Positions 37,850 through 50,177 are shown, counted from the first letter of the whole stretch. The stretch is 63,881 bases of DNA, filler included, from Octopus bimaculoides (GCF_001194135.2; 5 parts of 5 records of this genome joined end to end with filler, not necessarily neighbours in it); one strand, 5' to 3'. Notes: generated by a model not told the origin, from the letters alone. A program made the numbers and translations.

Positions 37850-37978
37850 CGCTCTTCAACAGAAAGAATACGGCGAAAACAAGGAGAAAAACACGGAGAA
37901 AAAAAATTGAATGGTGTTTGGTCAACGATCTGTCATGGCTTCTGCGGACAGGAAGTTCAGAAACTTCATGCAGGAGAG
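37850..37978 (-). CDS. Candidate exon, frame-compatible with the 39202 donor; encodes ALLHEVSELPVRRSHDRSLTKHHSIFFLRVFLLVFAVFFLLKS into a gap; unknown product
   Basis: Long polypyrimidine tract ...atctcccctttttcttag|CT; only the phase-1 frame stays open to the gap. Confidence 0.3.
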
Positions 37979-38038
37979 CTAAGAAAAAGGGGAGATAACA
38001 AAAGGGGAAAGAAAGAACGGTGACCCAAGCACGAGGAG

Positions 38039-38091
<53 letters not shown>

Positions 38092-38900
38092 CTGGTGATA
38101 TATATCAGGGGCGACTCCAGGTCATCAGCGTCACTCGGGCTCATCACAGATTTCGCATAAAACACATGCCTGCTCGAAGAATTTCACGTTTTTACACTTT
38201 ATTTCTAGCCCCAAAATGGCTTAATTTTTTCATATGTAGCACCATGCCTTTCTCGATTTCTAATTTAAGGGTAAAAAAAAAGCAACCCTGCAAAACACTA
38301 ATCTTTACACACAGACGCACAGAACAACAGCAATCAAATAACGACAGCGGAGTGCACAACAAACATCAGCGATCTGACCGTCGCCTGTAATCTTGACAAG
38401 AGTCTTTCACACCTACCAAGCTTGTTCGTTTTAGCCAAAGTTGCTGGGTAATTTTTCGTTCCTAAAAGAATATTGTAGAACGGAAGCTTTTCATAGATTG
38501 GAATTTAAATTCTAATCTCTAAGAAAACATTGAATTGAAATTACTTTTAATTTTTACGAAAGTAAATAAGAATTCGGGCTGTAATTTCTGAGCCCGAGTC
38601 AGGCGCGTGTGAACGATGTCGAGAGAACGTCTGCTATGAATGATATTTTTTGACACAGGGTACCTCTAAGACGACTGCTAGATGCTGAACGAAAATAAAC
38701 GAACTGCGACCAGGCCCAATAAAAAGATCCCGAGTTATTGGCTGAAATTATATACTTGACCAATATTTTTCGAGCAATGAACAATTTTCATCAAAACAAT
38801 GATATAATTTGTCGACTTGGAACTTATTGCAAAGCTGCATGATAAACAACATTTTTTGTTTTCCCATTCGTGGGGTCAGTGCATTTTTTTCTGTTTAACC

Positions 38901-38955
<55 letters not shown>

Positions 38956-39201
38956 GTTGATTGTTTTCAACCATCCCCATCACTAGTACCACCACCACCA
39001 TCGCCACCACAACTGCTATACACACACACCATTCAGCCTTCTGACGCCACCACCATCAACACCTTTGACTTCGCCGCCTTCCCCTCCACCACCATCACCA
39101 CTGTCTTTCACATCGCTTACTGTTACCGTCGCCTCGACCTCCTCGGTTACCGGAGGTATGGCAGGAGGTATAGCAGGCGGCCGAATCCTGATGCTACTCA
39201 C

Positions 39202-39601
39202 CTGTCCTTCCGGTAGCAACCTTCTCTAGCCAGGATTTGCCCACAACCCCAAACAGCTTCACATAACCGTCTGAATTGAATCCAATCTCCTGTTTATCGG
39301 TTGTCGAATGAACACCAGTCATAACGCCTGCTGTGTCCATTTCTGCTGGCCATGGCTTCGTTGTCTCCGTTGCAGCTGTCCATGTTATGTCTTTACAGCC
39401 TTTATAGCATTGGCAGAACATTGAACAGCAGTCATGTTGTCGACATTTGATACCCGGCGCAAACCATCAAGATAAAAGTAACTCTTTTCCAATATTTAGA
39501 TGGCTTCCAGTCCTCCATGTCAGCTAACATTTTCTCAACTACAACTTTAATCTTCATACTCTCTAACCCTGTTGATTGTTCACCAACAATTCAAGCTGTT
39601 C
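39202..39601 (-). other. Candidate 400-bp exon (5' UTR/uORFs plus an open frame to a phase-1 donor); unknown gene
   Basis: Acceptor tttttttttcctcttttcag|GA at 39602/39601 and donor ACAG|gtgagt at 39202/39201. Unique, GC-richer sequence; frame MFCQCYKGC...MDTAGVM...KVATGRT open to the donor. Confidence 0.55.
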
Positions 39602-40136
39602 CTGAAAAGAGGAAAAAAAAAAGTAGACATAAAATATTGTTAAGTTTTATTCGAACACCCTGTATATAATGTGTAAAGAAAATCGGCAGGAGTTGAATAA
39701 TTTTTAATGACTTAATTTTATTTAACGACTTAATTTTATTTATTTATTTATTTTATTTAAATATCCAAATTCTTTTAAGATAGCGTGTTATCACAATTGT
39801 TTGTTTGTGTGTGTGTTTGTGTGCACGTGTGTGTGCATGTATGTGTATGTGTGTGTGTGTGTGTGTATGTGTGTGTGTGTATGTGTGCATGTGAGTGTGT
39901 GCGCAGGAGCGCTGTGAGTGTGGACGCGCGCGTGTATGTATGTGCCTTTTTAAACGTACACATTCGATAAAAAAATCTGCTTAATTAGCTCCCCGATTAA
40001 TTGCTTCCACACTTGAATTAATAAATATTTAACCAAATAATAGTTATTCACCCCGCTATGTTCAACACGACAGCACACAATCTCGTTTGTTCCACATGAC
40101 ATAACACTCAATCTCGTCTGTTCCAGTTCACTTCAC

Positions 40137-40236
40137 NNNNNNNNNNNNNNNNNNNNNNNNNNNNNNNNNNNNNNNNNNNNTTAATTAATTAANNNNNNNN
40201 NNNNNNNNNNNNNNNNNNNNNNNNNNNNNNNNNNNN
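40137..40236. other. Artificial scaffold-join spacer N44-TTAATTAATTAA-N44
   Basis: Same structure as 24789-24888. Confidence 0.95.
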
Positions 40237-40325
<89 letters not shown>

Positions 40326-40380
40326 ATACACATAAATATATATATACATATATGCGCGTGTATGTCTATGTATGTCTATG

Positions 40381-40412
<32 letters not shown>

Positions 40413-40668
40413 AAGGATTCATTATTGATAGTGTTCTGTGCAAAGTCCTCAACAAAGGATAGCAAAAAGACCAATTCCTGCGCTTTTCTCTCTTTTCTTC
40501 GTACAACAAACTTTAGCCAGGCCAGTCCCGAGTGTCTAATGAACTGTCACTTATCTACATTGGTCATCTAATGCCATTTAACATCATCAACACAGCCACT
40601 CACCTTTCAAAATTAACGGGTTTTCTTACCATCCATTCATTCATCATCCTACACACTGGCAGAAACAG

Positions 40669-40724
40669 GACAGATAGACAGACCGACAGATAGACAGACC
40701 GACAGATAGACAGACCGACAGATA
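40669..40724. repeat. 16-bp tandem repeat GACAGATAGACAGACC x3.5
   Basis: Direct reading. Confidence 0.9.
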
Positions 40725-40921
40725 CAGATAGAAAGCTTTATAGAATTACTTTCCATTTTAACATCTCATGGATTTGTGTTTGTTATTCTACTTTTTTTCT
40801 TTTTTTTTTCTTTTGGCCTTTTTCTGTTCTTTTCTCTTTTCTTTCCTTTTTCTCTTTTCTTTTTTGCTCGTACAATTCGGCCCATACACCATAGCTTGAT
40901 TTATGTGCATGTTTATTAACG

Positions 40922-40974
<53 letters not shown>

Positions 40975-41196
40975 CAGTCATTTTCAGTTATATCATCCAC
41001 ATCAGCATCACTATCAGCATCATCGCCATCGTCGTTATCATCATCATCATAATCATCATCATCATTATCATCATCATCGCTCACGCCATCATACTCGTTC
41101 TGATCATCATCAGAGGAAACAGCAGTAATGTTGTCGAAAACAGCAACAACTCCTACTACTACTACTACTACTGATGATGAGGAAGAGGGGGGGATG

Positions 41197-41245
<49 letters not shown>

Positions 41246-41260
41246 TAATAATAATAATAA
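40975..41260. repeat. Compound (ATC)/(ACT)/(ATA) trinucleotide tract
   Basis: Direct reading. Confidence 0.9.
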
Positions 41261-41358
41261 ATGCTGTGGTGCAGCTCCAGGCATCGGCTCTCATGGCTTT
41301 TGATCTTAACTGATTGGAAGTGTTATCATGTATATGTTTTGTTTTGGTTAAAAAAAAT

Positions 41359-41474
41359 ATGGGCTACAGCAAATATTCTGCTCAATATCACAGATTTTCT
41401 TGTCAGTTGTTTGACCTTAACCAGTTGAGCATGTCCCTTAGTGGCTGACGATATGTGCATCTGTGATCATGAGC
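41359..41474 (+). mobile_element. Fragment of the repeat at 63041-63512 (its 5' end as read on that element's strand)
   Basis: atgggctacagca.atatt.tgctcaata.ca.agattt.cttgtcagttgtttgaccttaaccagttga matches the reverse complement of 63387-63502. Confidence 0.88.
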
Positions 41475-41689
41475 GCTTAGTTTTAGAATGGTGGCAGCTG
41501 ATGAAGTAAATGTTCTCTATGTGGCCTGTGTGTTTTCTGTACTCTGTTTATCATTTTGTCCACACTTTTTTGCAACGTCCTGTACCCAGATATGCATCTA
41601 TATATGCATGTAGCTGTAGGTATGNNNNNNNNNNTGTAGGTATGTACATACATGTACGTATATATGCATATACTCATATTTTATTTGTA

Positions 41690-41724
<35 letters not shown>

Positions 41725-41727
<3 letters not shown>

Positions 41728-41870
41728 GACCATCACATCTTTTAACTCTATATATAGAACTCACATTATCCTGCACACCATTTCATTATTTAAGAGTTAA
41801 AGGTGAATTTTGGGAAAGATTTGGTTGCTATTACTTGCAGGTTGAGCGACCACGTGAAGGCTTCCTCTTT
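41725..41870 (-). mobile_element. Repeat family F copy
   Basis: gtgaccatc...gatttggttgctattacttgcaggttgagcgaccacgtg matches 12535-12650. Confidence 0.6.
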
Positions 41871-42450
41871 ATCCAGTTGATCAGAAATAAATATAAACAT
41901 GGAAGTAGAAACATTGAACGAAGAGTTGTTTTCGTCAAAACTTCCAAGATGTTGTCACTTAGTATCTTTGATCTAAATTCATCTAACACTGAACGAGATA
42001 AACACAAATGATTCAATCACCATCACCTTTAGTTTGTCTTTACTTCTATCATTCAAACTACAACATCGACTATCTTTTGCAACACTAAAAAAAAATGTAT
42101 ATAACGAAATAAGCGAGAAAACATACGATGTAGATCAAATTGAATTCAGATCTTATAATAAAATTTGGGAGAAACATTTGTTTGGAAATATCACAATTTG
42201 ATGTCTAGAAGTTAGAGGTGTAATACTTTCAGGAATTTTACAACGACATCGGAATATCAGAGAATATCATTATAGAATTTAAGCTGCTAAATATTGACAA
42301 AAATAATCGCATTCTGAAGAAAATTAATATTGAATTAAATCAGGTTTGACCGGTATTCGTCAGGCAATAATATTCAGAGCTGCTGTTTTAGGTTTAAGTG
42401 ATTATAAGTGCCACAACAAACTCAATAGTTTTTTTGTTTTTCTGTTCAGG

Positions 42451-42657
42451 TACGTATGCAATGTTGTAATGGTAGCTTCGAGGTAATGATAAAATATACT
42501 GAATACAAGTGTATATTAGGTGCTATCTCCTCACCCGAAGCAGTCAGTATATATTCGTATCCGATCTTTAACTTTCTGCTTTACCCTGACAGCGTAAACA
42601 GTTTTTTTTTTTTTGCATCTGAGCAAGTGTCTAAAAGATAAAGAAAACACAACTCAG
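42451..42657 (+). repeat. 207-bp direct repeat, copy 1
   Basis: Identical to 43949-44159 except in the poly-T run. Confidence 0.95.
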
Positions 42658-42939
42658 AGATATATGCTTGTTAGTGTGTTTGTATTTGTTGAATATGTGT
42701 AATATTAAAGTGTGTATTCGTGAATTTCTCTATGTTCATGTACGTCTTTTATGTAGGGCTATATATGGCTTTATATGTGAGTGTTACGAGTAAGTCGATA
42801 TATGTAAGGATATGCGAGTAGATGGTACACATGAACATGGTTATGTACTTACAAGTATATATGTATAAATACATATATGTATACATTTATGCAAGTGAAT
42901 ATATACATTCATGAAAATATATATACATACACATATAAA

Positions 42940-42988
<49 letters not shown>

Positions 42989-43106
42989 GTATGTATATAT
43001 TTATGTATGTATTAATATTTGTTTTTACGTCATGTCAAGTTATATATAAAAACAATTTAACTGAAGGAGTCCTCAATACGTTTTAGTCAAGTAGATATTT
43101 ATCAAT

Positions 43107-43216
43107 TTTTACAAGAAACCGTTTGACATTGGCTTCGAATATTTGGTTTGCCAGCCGCCATTAAGCGGCTGGTAAGCCGACACTTCGAAATTACTGTCAA
43201 ACTTCTCCTTGTAAAA
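43107..43216. repeat. ~110-bp imperfect palindrome (MITE-like)
   Basis: Core ccagccgc-cattaa-gcggctgg extending to ttttacaag / cttgtaaaa; an arm-like sequence recurs at 36128-36153. Confidence 0.75.
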
Positions 43217-43399
43217 GTTAACACATACATACATACATACATACATACATACATACATACATACATACATACATACATACACACATACATACATACATAC
43301 ATACATACGTATGTATGTATATACTCACGTTATATGTATGCGTGTGTATGACTGTATGTCTGTATATGTTAAATATGCCAAATATTAATAAAATATACG

Positions 43400-43921
43400 T
43401 ATATACATATATTTCGTTAATACTTGGCAAAAGTAATAGAGTGAAGAGGGTGGCTGCTGGAAGACCATACGTCTGACAACAGGATTCTGCACCATGCCAC
43501 ACAAGCAGGGGAACCCAATCATGGCTATCAGACAATTTGTACAACCACACCACTCCTAACATGTGGCCACCTAACAGCCCAGACTGCAGCCCCTTTGATG
43601 ATTATGTGTGGAGCGCAGTTGAGGGAGAGACCAACAAAATTCCTTGTGACAGAAAAGATGAACTGAAGGCAAGGGTTATGGCAGCATTTACCAACTTAAA
43701 CAATGAGACCATCCAGAAGAGTTGCAGGAGATTCCGAAGTCGTCTGGANNNNNNNNNNGAGGCCATGGTTGAAGCCAATGGTGATTTTATTGAATAAATT
43801 TACTCTTTAGTATTTGAAGATAATTTAATGTAATTTCGGTAAATATATCTGTTAAAATGAGATGTCAGTGTTATATTCATTTTTGCTTAATTTAGACGAC
43901 AGTTTATTTACCGCATCCTGT
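43400..43921 (+). mobile_element. Tc1/mariner DD37D (maT-like) transposon, 3' half with right terminus
   Basis: YV*QQDSAPCHTS...WPPNSPDCSPFDDYVW...RLEAMVEANGDFIE*; 37 residues between QQD and the final D; end gtttatttaccgcatcctgt (TIR-like). Confidence 0.9.
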
Positions 43922-43948
43922 TTATATACACTTATCTATATACCCATA

Positions 43949-44159
43949 TACGTATGCAATGTTGTAATGGTAGCTTCGAGGTAATGATAAAATATACTGA
44001 ATACAAGTGTATATTAGGTGCTATCTCCTCACCCGAAGCAGTCAGTATATATTCGTATCCGATCTTTAACTTTCTGCTTTACCCTGACAGCGTAAACAGT
44101 TTTTTTTTTCTTTTTTGCATCTGAGCAAGTGTCTAAAAGATAAAGAAAACACAACTCAG
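43949..44159 (+). repeat. 207/211-bp direct repeat, copy 2
   Basis: See 42451-42657. Confidence 0.95.
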
Positions 44160-45060
44160 GATTATGCATAGAATGTGTAAGCAGTTATGCATGTTCTTTA
44201 CTCACAATGTTATATGTATTCATGTATAAATGTACGTGGATATATTTTTATTATAAGTGTGAGTGCGCAACTGAAGTAATTCATTCATGTGCTTTGCTCT
44301 AGGCCTCTATACCAAGACCAATCGTCCAATCTATCGTTTCTTTTATTACCATCACTGTTATCAGATTGCTGGACTTACCAGACACTTTCTAAAACTAAGT
44401 AGATGCTTTGTAGTTACCGAAAGCAATTCCCGTCTTGCAGAGGTTATATTAAAAGAACCATAAAAATGAAAATCTCCTGATACTGCTTATTGTAGTAATA
44501 ATAATATAATAAACGTTTGAGATATTTTTCTCTCATTTTTGTTTTGTATTTTATTTTAAAGCAAACTGGATATTTTATTACGATTTCCGTTTAGCGATGT
44601 AAATGTGAGAACATTGAAGTAGTAACCACACTGGACGTAAGAAAACTTTCGAGAATAGTCACCGCCATTATATTAGGCATGACTATAGTTTAAACAACTG
44701 CGGCTGTAGAAGCAACCTAGTTTAAAGTAGAGACACGCCATGGCCGTAATTATCGCTCAGGCTGGAGCTGTTGACAGGACGTCAACATCAATATGACAGT
44801 AACGGCCACCATAATAGTAACCATAATATTTGACAGTAGTCATGATTTAACACCTGGATATCCATTGACTGTCTGTCATATATTGACAATGAGGCGTTTT
44901 CATGTGGAGAACTTTCAGTGGTTCAATGCTGTTGCGTATTGGGAAAATAACTGAAGTTTTCACTGATCGATTCTGGTCGACGGTGCTGCGATCTACCTGT
45001 GGTTTATTTTAAATTTGTTGAGTGACCTCAGTAAACAATGAAACTACGGCAAAATATTGA

Positions 45061-45262
45061 TTTCAAACTCTCAAATTTTGCAACGAAACCAGCAATTTAG
45101 TGGGAGGAGCCTAGACAATTATATCGATTATAGTGCTCAACAATTACTTATTTTATCGACCCCGAAAGCATGAAAGACAAAGTCGACCCCGACGGATTTT
45201 GATTTCGGGCGGATGAAATACCACTAAGCATCTTGCTAACAATTCGGTCAGCTGGCCGCCTT
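45061..45262 (-). mobile_element. SINE family C, diverged full copy
   Basis: tactta.ttttatcgaccccgaaagcatgaaagacaaagtcgac; reverse complement of 30210-30423. Confidence 0.82.
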
Positions 45263-45510
45263 GACTATTGAAAAATATTGACTAGTATTATGTTGGTATA
45301 TTAGGGAACAGAGCCAAGTTCCATTCCACCATTGCTTATGGTGCGCTTTTTCCAGAGCATGAAAGACACGAGTAGGAGAAATACCTATGATACAAGATAT
45401 GTCTAGCAATGTGTAATACAAAGTATTTCGTGAATGTATGAGAAAATGGAAAGATTCTCTTGGTCTTAGCGGTCTTAATACATAAAATAATAATCCTTTC
45501 TACTGTAGAC

Positions 45511-45667
45511 GCAAGGACTGAAATTTGTGGGGAGTGGACTAGGCAATCACATTGGCCCTAAAATTTGGCTGGTTCCTATTTTACCAGCCTGGAAAGGATG
45601 GAAGGCAAAGTAAAACTCGATGGGATTCGAAAGCAGAACGTAAAGACAGACAAAATGCCACTAAACG
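45511..45667 (-). mobile_element. SINE family C, diverged partial copy
   Basis: cctattttaccagcctggaaaggatggaaggcaaagtaaaactcgatggga...agaacgtaaagacagacaaaatgccactaa. Confidence 0.72.
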
Positions 45668-46440
45668 TTTTGTGCTGCAATACACAGTATGATAATAAAA
45701 TTAAGTAACCTATAAAACCACAATTACGATAACAATAAACAGACCACAAGAAAACATGGTATGACGTCAGAGAGAGGAATATCAATAAGCATGCGCGATT
45801 AAGAACCGATTACACTTTGATACCTAATATAACACCTCAAAATGCTATTAGATTGTCTTACTGTGAGGAAATACTTTTATATAAAATAGCACAGGAATAT
45901 CACAAACAATAACATTTTAACTGATTCTTTTGGAGCCAAACGTTGTAAAGAATCGTCGACTTTAAATATAAAATTAGAAATAATAGACTTCGCTCATCAA
46001 CGTATATTGCTGCTATGGTTGTGAAAAGAATCGTATTTGCTCACTCATAATACCCCTCAGATAATTAAAAAGAAAAAAACATTGCAAACGTCCTTTATAC
46101 CAAAAACGCGAATAATATAAACATAACTGTTGCTATTTCTTTGGCTTCTGAACGACCTTCTGACACAATAAACACGATGCGAAATTTCTGCGAGTGATAA
46201 AACAGAGAAAAAAAAACAACGTGATTTATTTCGGCAAGACAGCATTTAAATGGAATCTTAAATGAAAATTCATTTATATTTAAACTCAGTGAGCATTTAA
46301 AACAATTATAAAACTGAATAATAACAATTTACAAAAATGATTTCTCCGCGCTTATCTGTAAGTTTTCGCAAGAAAATGACATCACTAATTCTAAAATTCT
46401 TAATCGTTCATTCAATGGAAAGCTTCAGTAATATACATAC

Positions 46441-46482
<42 letters not shown>

Positions 46483-46492
46483 NNNNNNNNNN

Positions 46493-46559
<67 letters not shown>

Positions 46560-47440
46560 GTGCGTGTGTGTATTGTATTTATGTATGCATGTATATGTAC
46601 ATACATACATGCATATATACATACATACATACGTACATACATACATGCATACTTACATACATACATGCATACATACATACATGTTTCTGTACGTCTATCT
46701 GTGAGTGTAGCTTTAATGATAGATTTGCATAGTTCGTAAAAATACATCCGGATTAATAATAGACTGTGGAATCTCGGTAATTCACATAATGCCAGCTAAT
46801 TCAATCATTTAACAGAAATAATGACAAGGAGAGTTCTTTTATGTAGTTTCCTAATGCAAAGCTGTCAATGAAAAATATCATACTTTTTGTTGGTTTATGC
46901 TTTATCTGTTACAGATTCCCACCTATTATAGAGCAGTGTTATTAAACCAAATTTTAAATATATCACGAAGGCTTTTCTAACAACGTATCATAAACCTTCA
47001 CTCATCATTCAGAACGATAGTAACATAATTGTAATGTTAAACATTTACCACCAATACGTCTTCCCAAATACGTCTTCCCAAATACGGTCGGAAATCCGAA
47101 TCGTACTTCAAGTTTTGGCAACACAATAGATGCTGGAGACAATTACCGACTGCACTCCCACACAAGACTCTCAAAGCTGCGGGAAAGCCCAGTTGCTACA
47201 TCTACCCCTCTGGCGTTATGGCGTTATGTGCTTAGGGAAGAAAGGAAGGTCGGAATAAAACTGATGGATTTCCTTTCATCGTGAATTTGCTCGATTCGAG
47301 CTGACCTTGGATTTAGAACTTTTTGAGTGTGCGTACTTAGTAAAACATTCTAATCAACAAATAATTGGGCTTTTTTGTAAAATAAAAAGACCAACATAAC
47401 AACGAGGAAAGACCACTATATCACTACGTCGTCAATTATT

Positions 47441-47520
47441 CTGCTAGAAGTAGCAGTCAAATCTTACTCAACTCACTCTCGGTCGTCTTAAAATATAAAG
47501 AATAGGTTATCTAACAGTTG
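47441..47520 (+). mobile_element. Repeat family F fragment
   Basis: ctgctagaagtagcagtcaaatct is the reverse complement of the family's gatttgg.tgctat..ctagcag motif. Confidence 0.5.
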
Positions 47521-49356
47521 TGCTTATTCAGATTTTGTTGTAACAAATGGCTTACAACTTGGAAGTTATAAATTTTGTGAGGCATTAGAATATTTTAAAA
47601 CTGTAAATCTATCCTTGTTTAACAATGATTCATTTGTCACTGATCTAGAATAACACAGTATGCTAATTGTGAAGCAAGTTACACTTATCCCGAATTGATC
47701 TGTGATAACACGGGTCAATGATCAGTCAGAGATTCTGTTTGGACGGCACAAGTGCACCCTAGCGACCATCCACAATGTTCAGGACAACTTGGGGTCTTGG
47801 AACGAAACCTATTTTTCTTATACATTATATTATTCATTCATCACTGAATTATTTAACACGGCGTTGGATTTTTTTTTCTAGACGAAACACATGATAATCA
47901 AGAAATATTCTAGAAGCATTTTGTCGCTGTTAAGCTCCCGACAATCTTTATTTGTTTATGAAGATAGCAGGAAGATGAACATGCAACTATATACAGATAA
48001 ATGAAATATTGAATAAAAGTACATCATAAAAAAATAATAATCTTCTACGGGACGCGAGATAAAAGTCTTAAGTAAATCGGAGAAGATTATAATGCAGCTA
48101 GCTTTTATAATCCTAAATATAAAGTTACGTGTAAAGTTTGTTATACTCTGGGGAATAAATACTGATCTTAGCAATGTTTCGGTATTTCAATAGTCAAATA
48201 TAGTCAGAAAAATATGTAAAAATGCTTAATATCGTTAAAATAGAAAATAACCAATATATAAAGCCATGTGTAAAGTTGTTTGTATCTGTGGAATAAATAC
48301 TGAAATAGCAGCATTTTGTAATGTTAGTAGTTAATCGTCATATGCACGCTGCACAATAAGGACCGGAACGATGACTTGCATATTCATTCGTAATGCATTC
48401 CGGGACATTCGAACGTGAATACGCTAATGCTAATCGCTGTGGTATTTTGTCATTGAAAAGCTTCTACTTCCAGATGAGTGTGTGTTCATAATACTCGATT
48501 CGTTAGCAGGGACACCCGCTGCTTCGATATCGCTGTCTCCTCATGACAAAGCTAAATAAATCTCATGAATCTAACAAGATTTTGTGGCTCTTGTTTATAA
48601 ATTCAGCAGAATATTTATTTGCCAATGAGTACTATATATTTCAAACAATCATAAATCGTCATAAGCACGGTAAACAGCAAGATTCTAAGCGATGACATTT
48701 GTATTCATTTTTACCGTATTCCGGCATATTCGAACCTGAGTATACTATATCATTGTTGTATTTCGTCACTGGAGAGCGACTTCTCCTTTCAGACTGAAAC
48801 AAACAAAAGAATAAAAGAATATAGTAGTATTATTGCTGTTTTCGCGCAGTATAATTATCACTAGTCGGCTTTTAATGCTCTCTGTATTAAATATGCCAAC
48901 AATACCTTAACTACTCTTTCATAAAGTCTGTTCAAGTATAATTTTATTCCACACCATACAAGACGTGTATCATGGACGGAAGCATGACAGGCCCATTTTT
49001 GAGAGTACAATGCTTACTTAATATTTATGGTATCATTATGTTTTCAGAAAAATCAATATTTAAATGTTTGAAAGTTTGAAAATATTTTTTTGACGATTTT
49101 GCGTTTCGTTATATCAAACCCAGTTATATTTTTATATGTTACAATAGAAGGAGAGGAACAACATCTACACAAAAAGTTTCCTGGAGCCGAAAATTAAATA
49201 AAATGGCAATATATAAAACTAAATAACAAATACTTACTATTTTTGGTAATATGACTGATGTGTATGTGTGTGTACGTATGTTTACATGAATGTATATGTA
49301 TTAGTTCTATTATTTTACATTCATATATGTATACATATGTATATGCATATATATAG

Positions 49357-49401
<45 letters not shown>

Positions 49402-49483
49402 ATAAATGTATGTATGTATATATCTATATTTATATTTATCAATATATATATACATATATACACACGTACATACATACATACAT

Positions 49484-49529
<46 letters not shown>

Positions 49530-49897
49530 TGTATACACAAATATCTAATATAAATTTTGTGTAGGTTATGTTTTGGAAAGGAGTTCTGGGTGGAAAAGAA
49601 AACGTTCGATAAAGAATTGGTAACAAAACAGAAGTGAAAGAGTTCCTTGGAATCGAATGTTTTCCAACGAAAAGAGAGGTGTAGCATTCATTTGCGAAGG
49701 AATAATACATTGTGAGAAACAAATATAATGGAAATACAATGAAAGAAAGAAAGAGAAAAAATTGTATGAAATTAGAAAAGTTAAGAGAACAAAGGAAAAA
49801 AAATGGTGAAAGAAAGCTATGGAGGAAGGAGGAGTAAAGCACAAGAGAAGAAGAATAAGAAAAATTTAACAATTTCTCTGTCTCTCTCTCTATCTCC

Positions 49898-49968
<71 letters not shown>

Positions 49969-49994
49969 TCTCCCTCTCACTCTCAGATACACAT

Positions 49995-50175
49995 ATCTGA
50001 TTAGCAGCTACCCCAAAATGTTCTCAAGGTACTGCCTTCCCCAAAAAAGACTGCCCAGGGACAAATATAGGGAATACTCCTGGTACTAAACATATCATAT
50101 AATCATCAACACCAGAAATATTGGTGTAGCATTCCCATCAAAACCTCTACCAAGTGCAAACATGACAAACACACC
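49995..50175 (+). pseudogene. RLE-class LINE fragment (R4/Dong-like, second family), internally deleted
   Basis: [14 protein letters not shown] and KYWCSIPIKTSTKCKHDK, paralleling AYWWNVPVKTLIKCKHNKPD at 53068. Confidence 0.65.
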
Positions 50176-50177
50176 AG

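Noticed and set aside
39640-39664. Isolated mariner-like terminus (tacagggtgttcgaataaaa on the minus strand)
   Set aside because: Only ~20 bp, with no partner TIR or transposase.
42430-42456. Plus-strand polyT-CAG|GTACGT resembling a recursive splice site
   Set aside because: No plus-strand gene is evident and it coincides with a duplication breakpoint.
44700-44830. Minus-strand MVTIMVAVTVILMLTSCQQLQPER* signal-peptide-like micro-ORF
   Set aside because: 24 codons ending in a stop; no donor or homology support.
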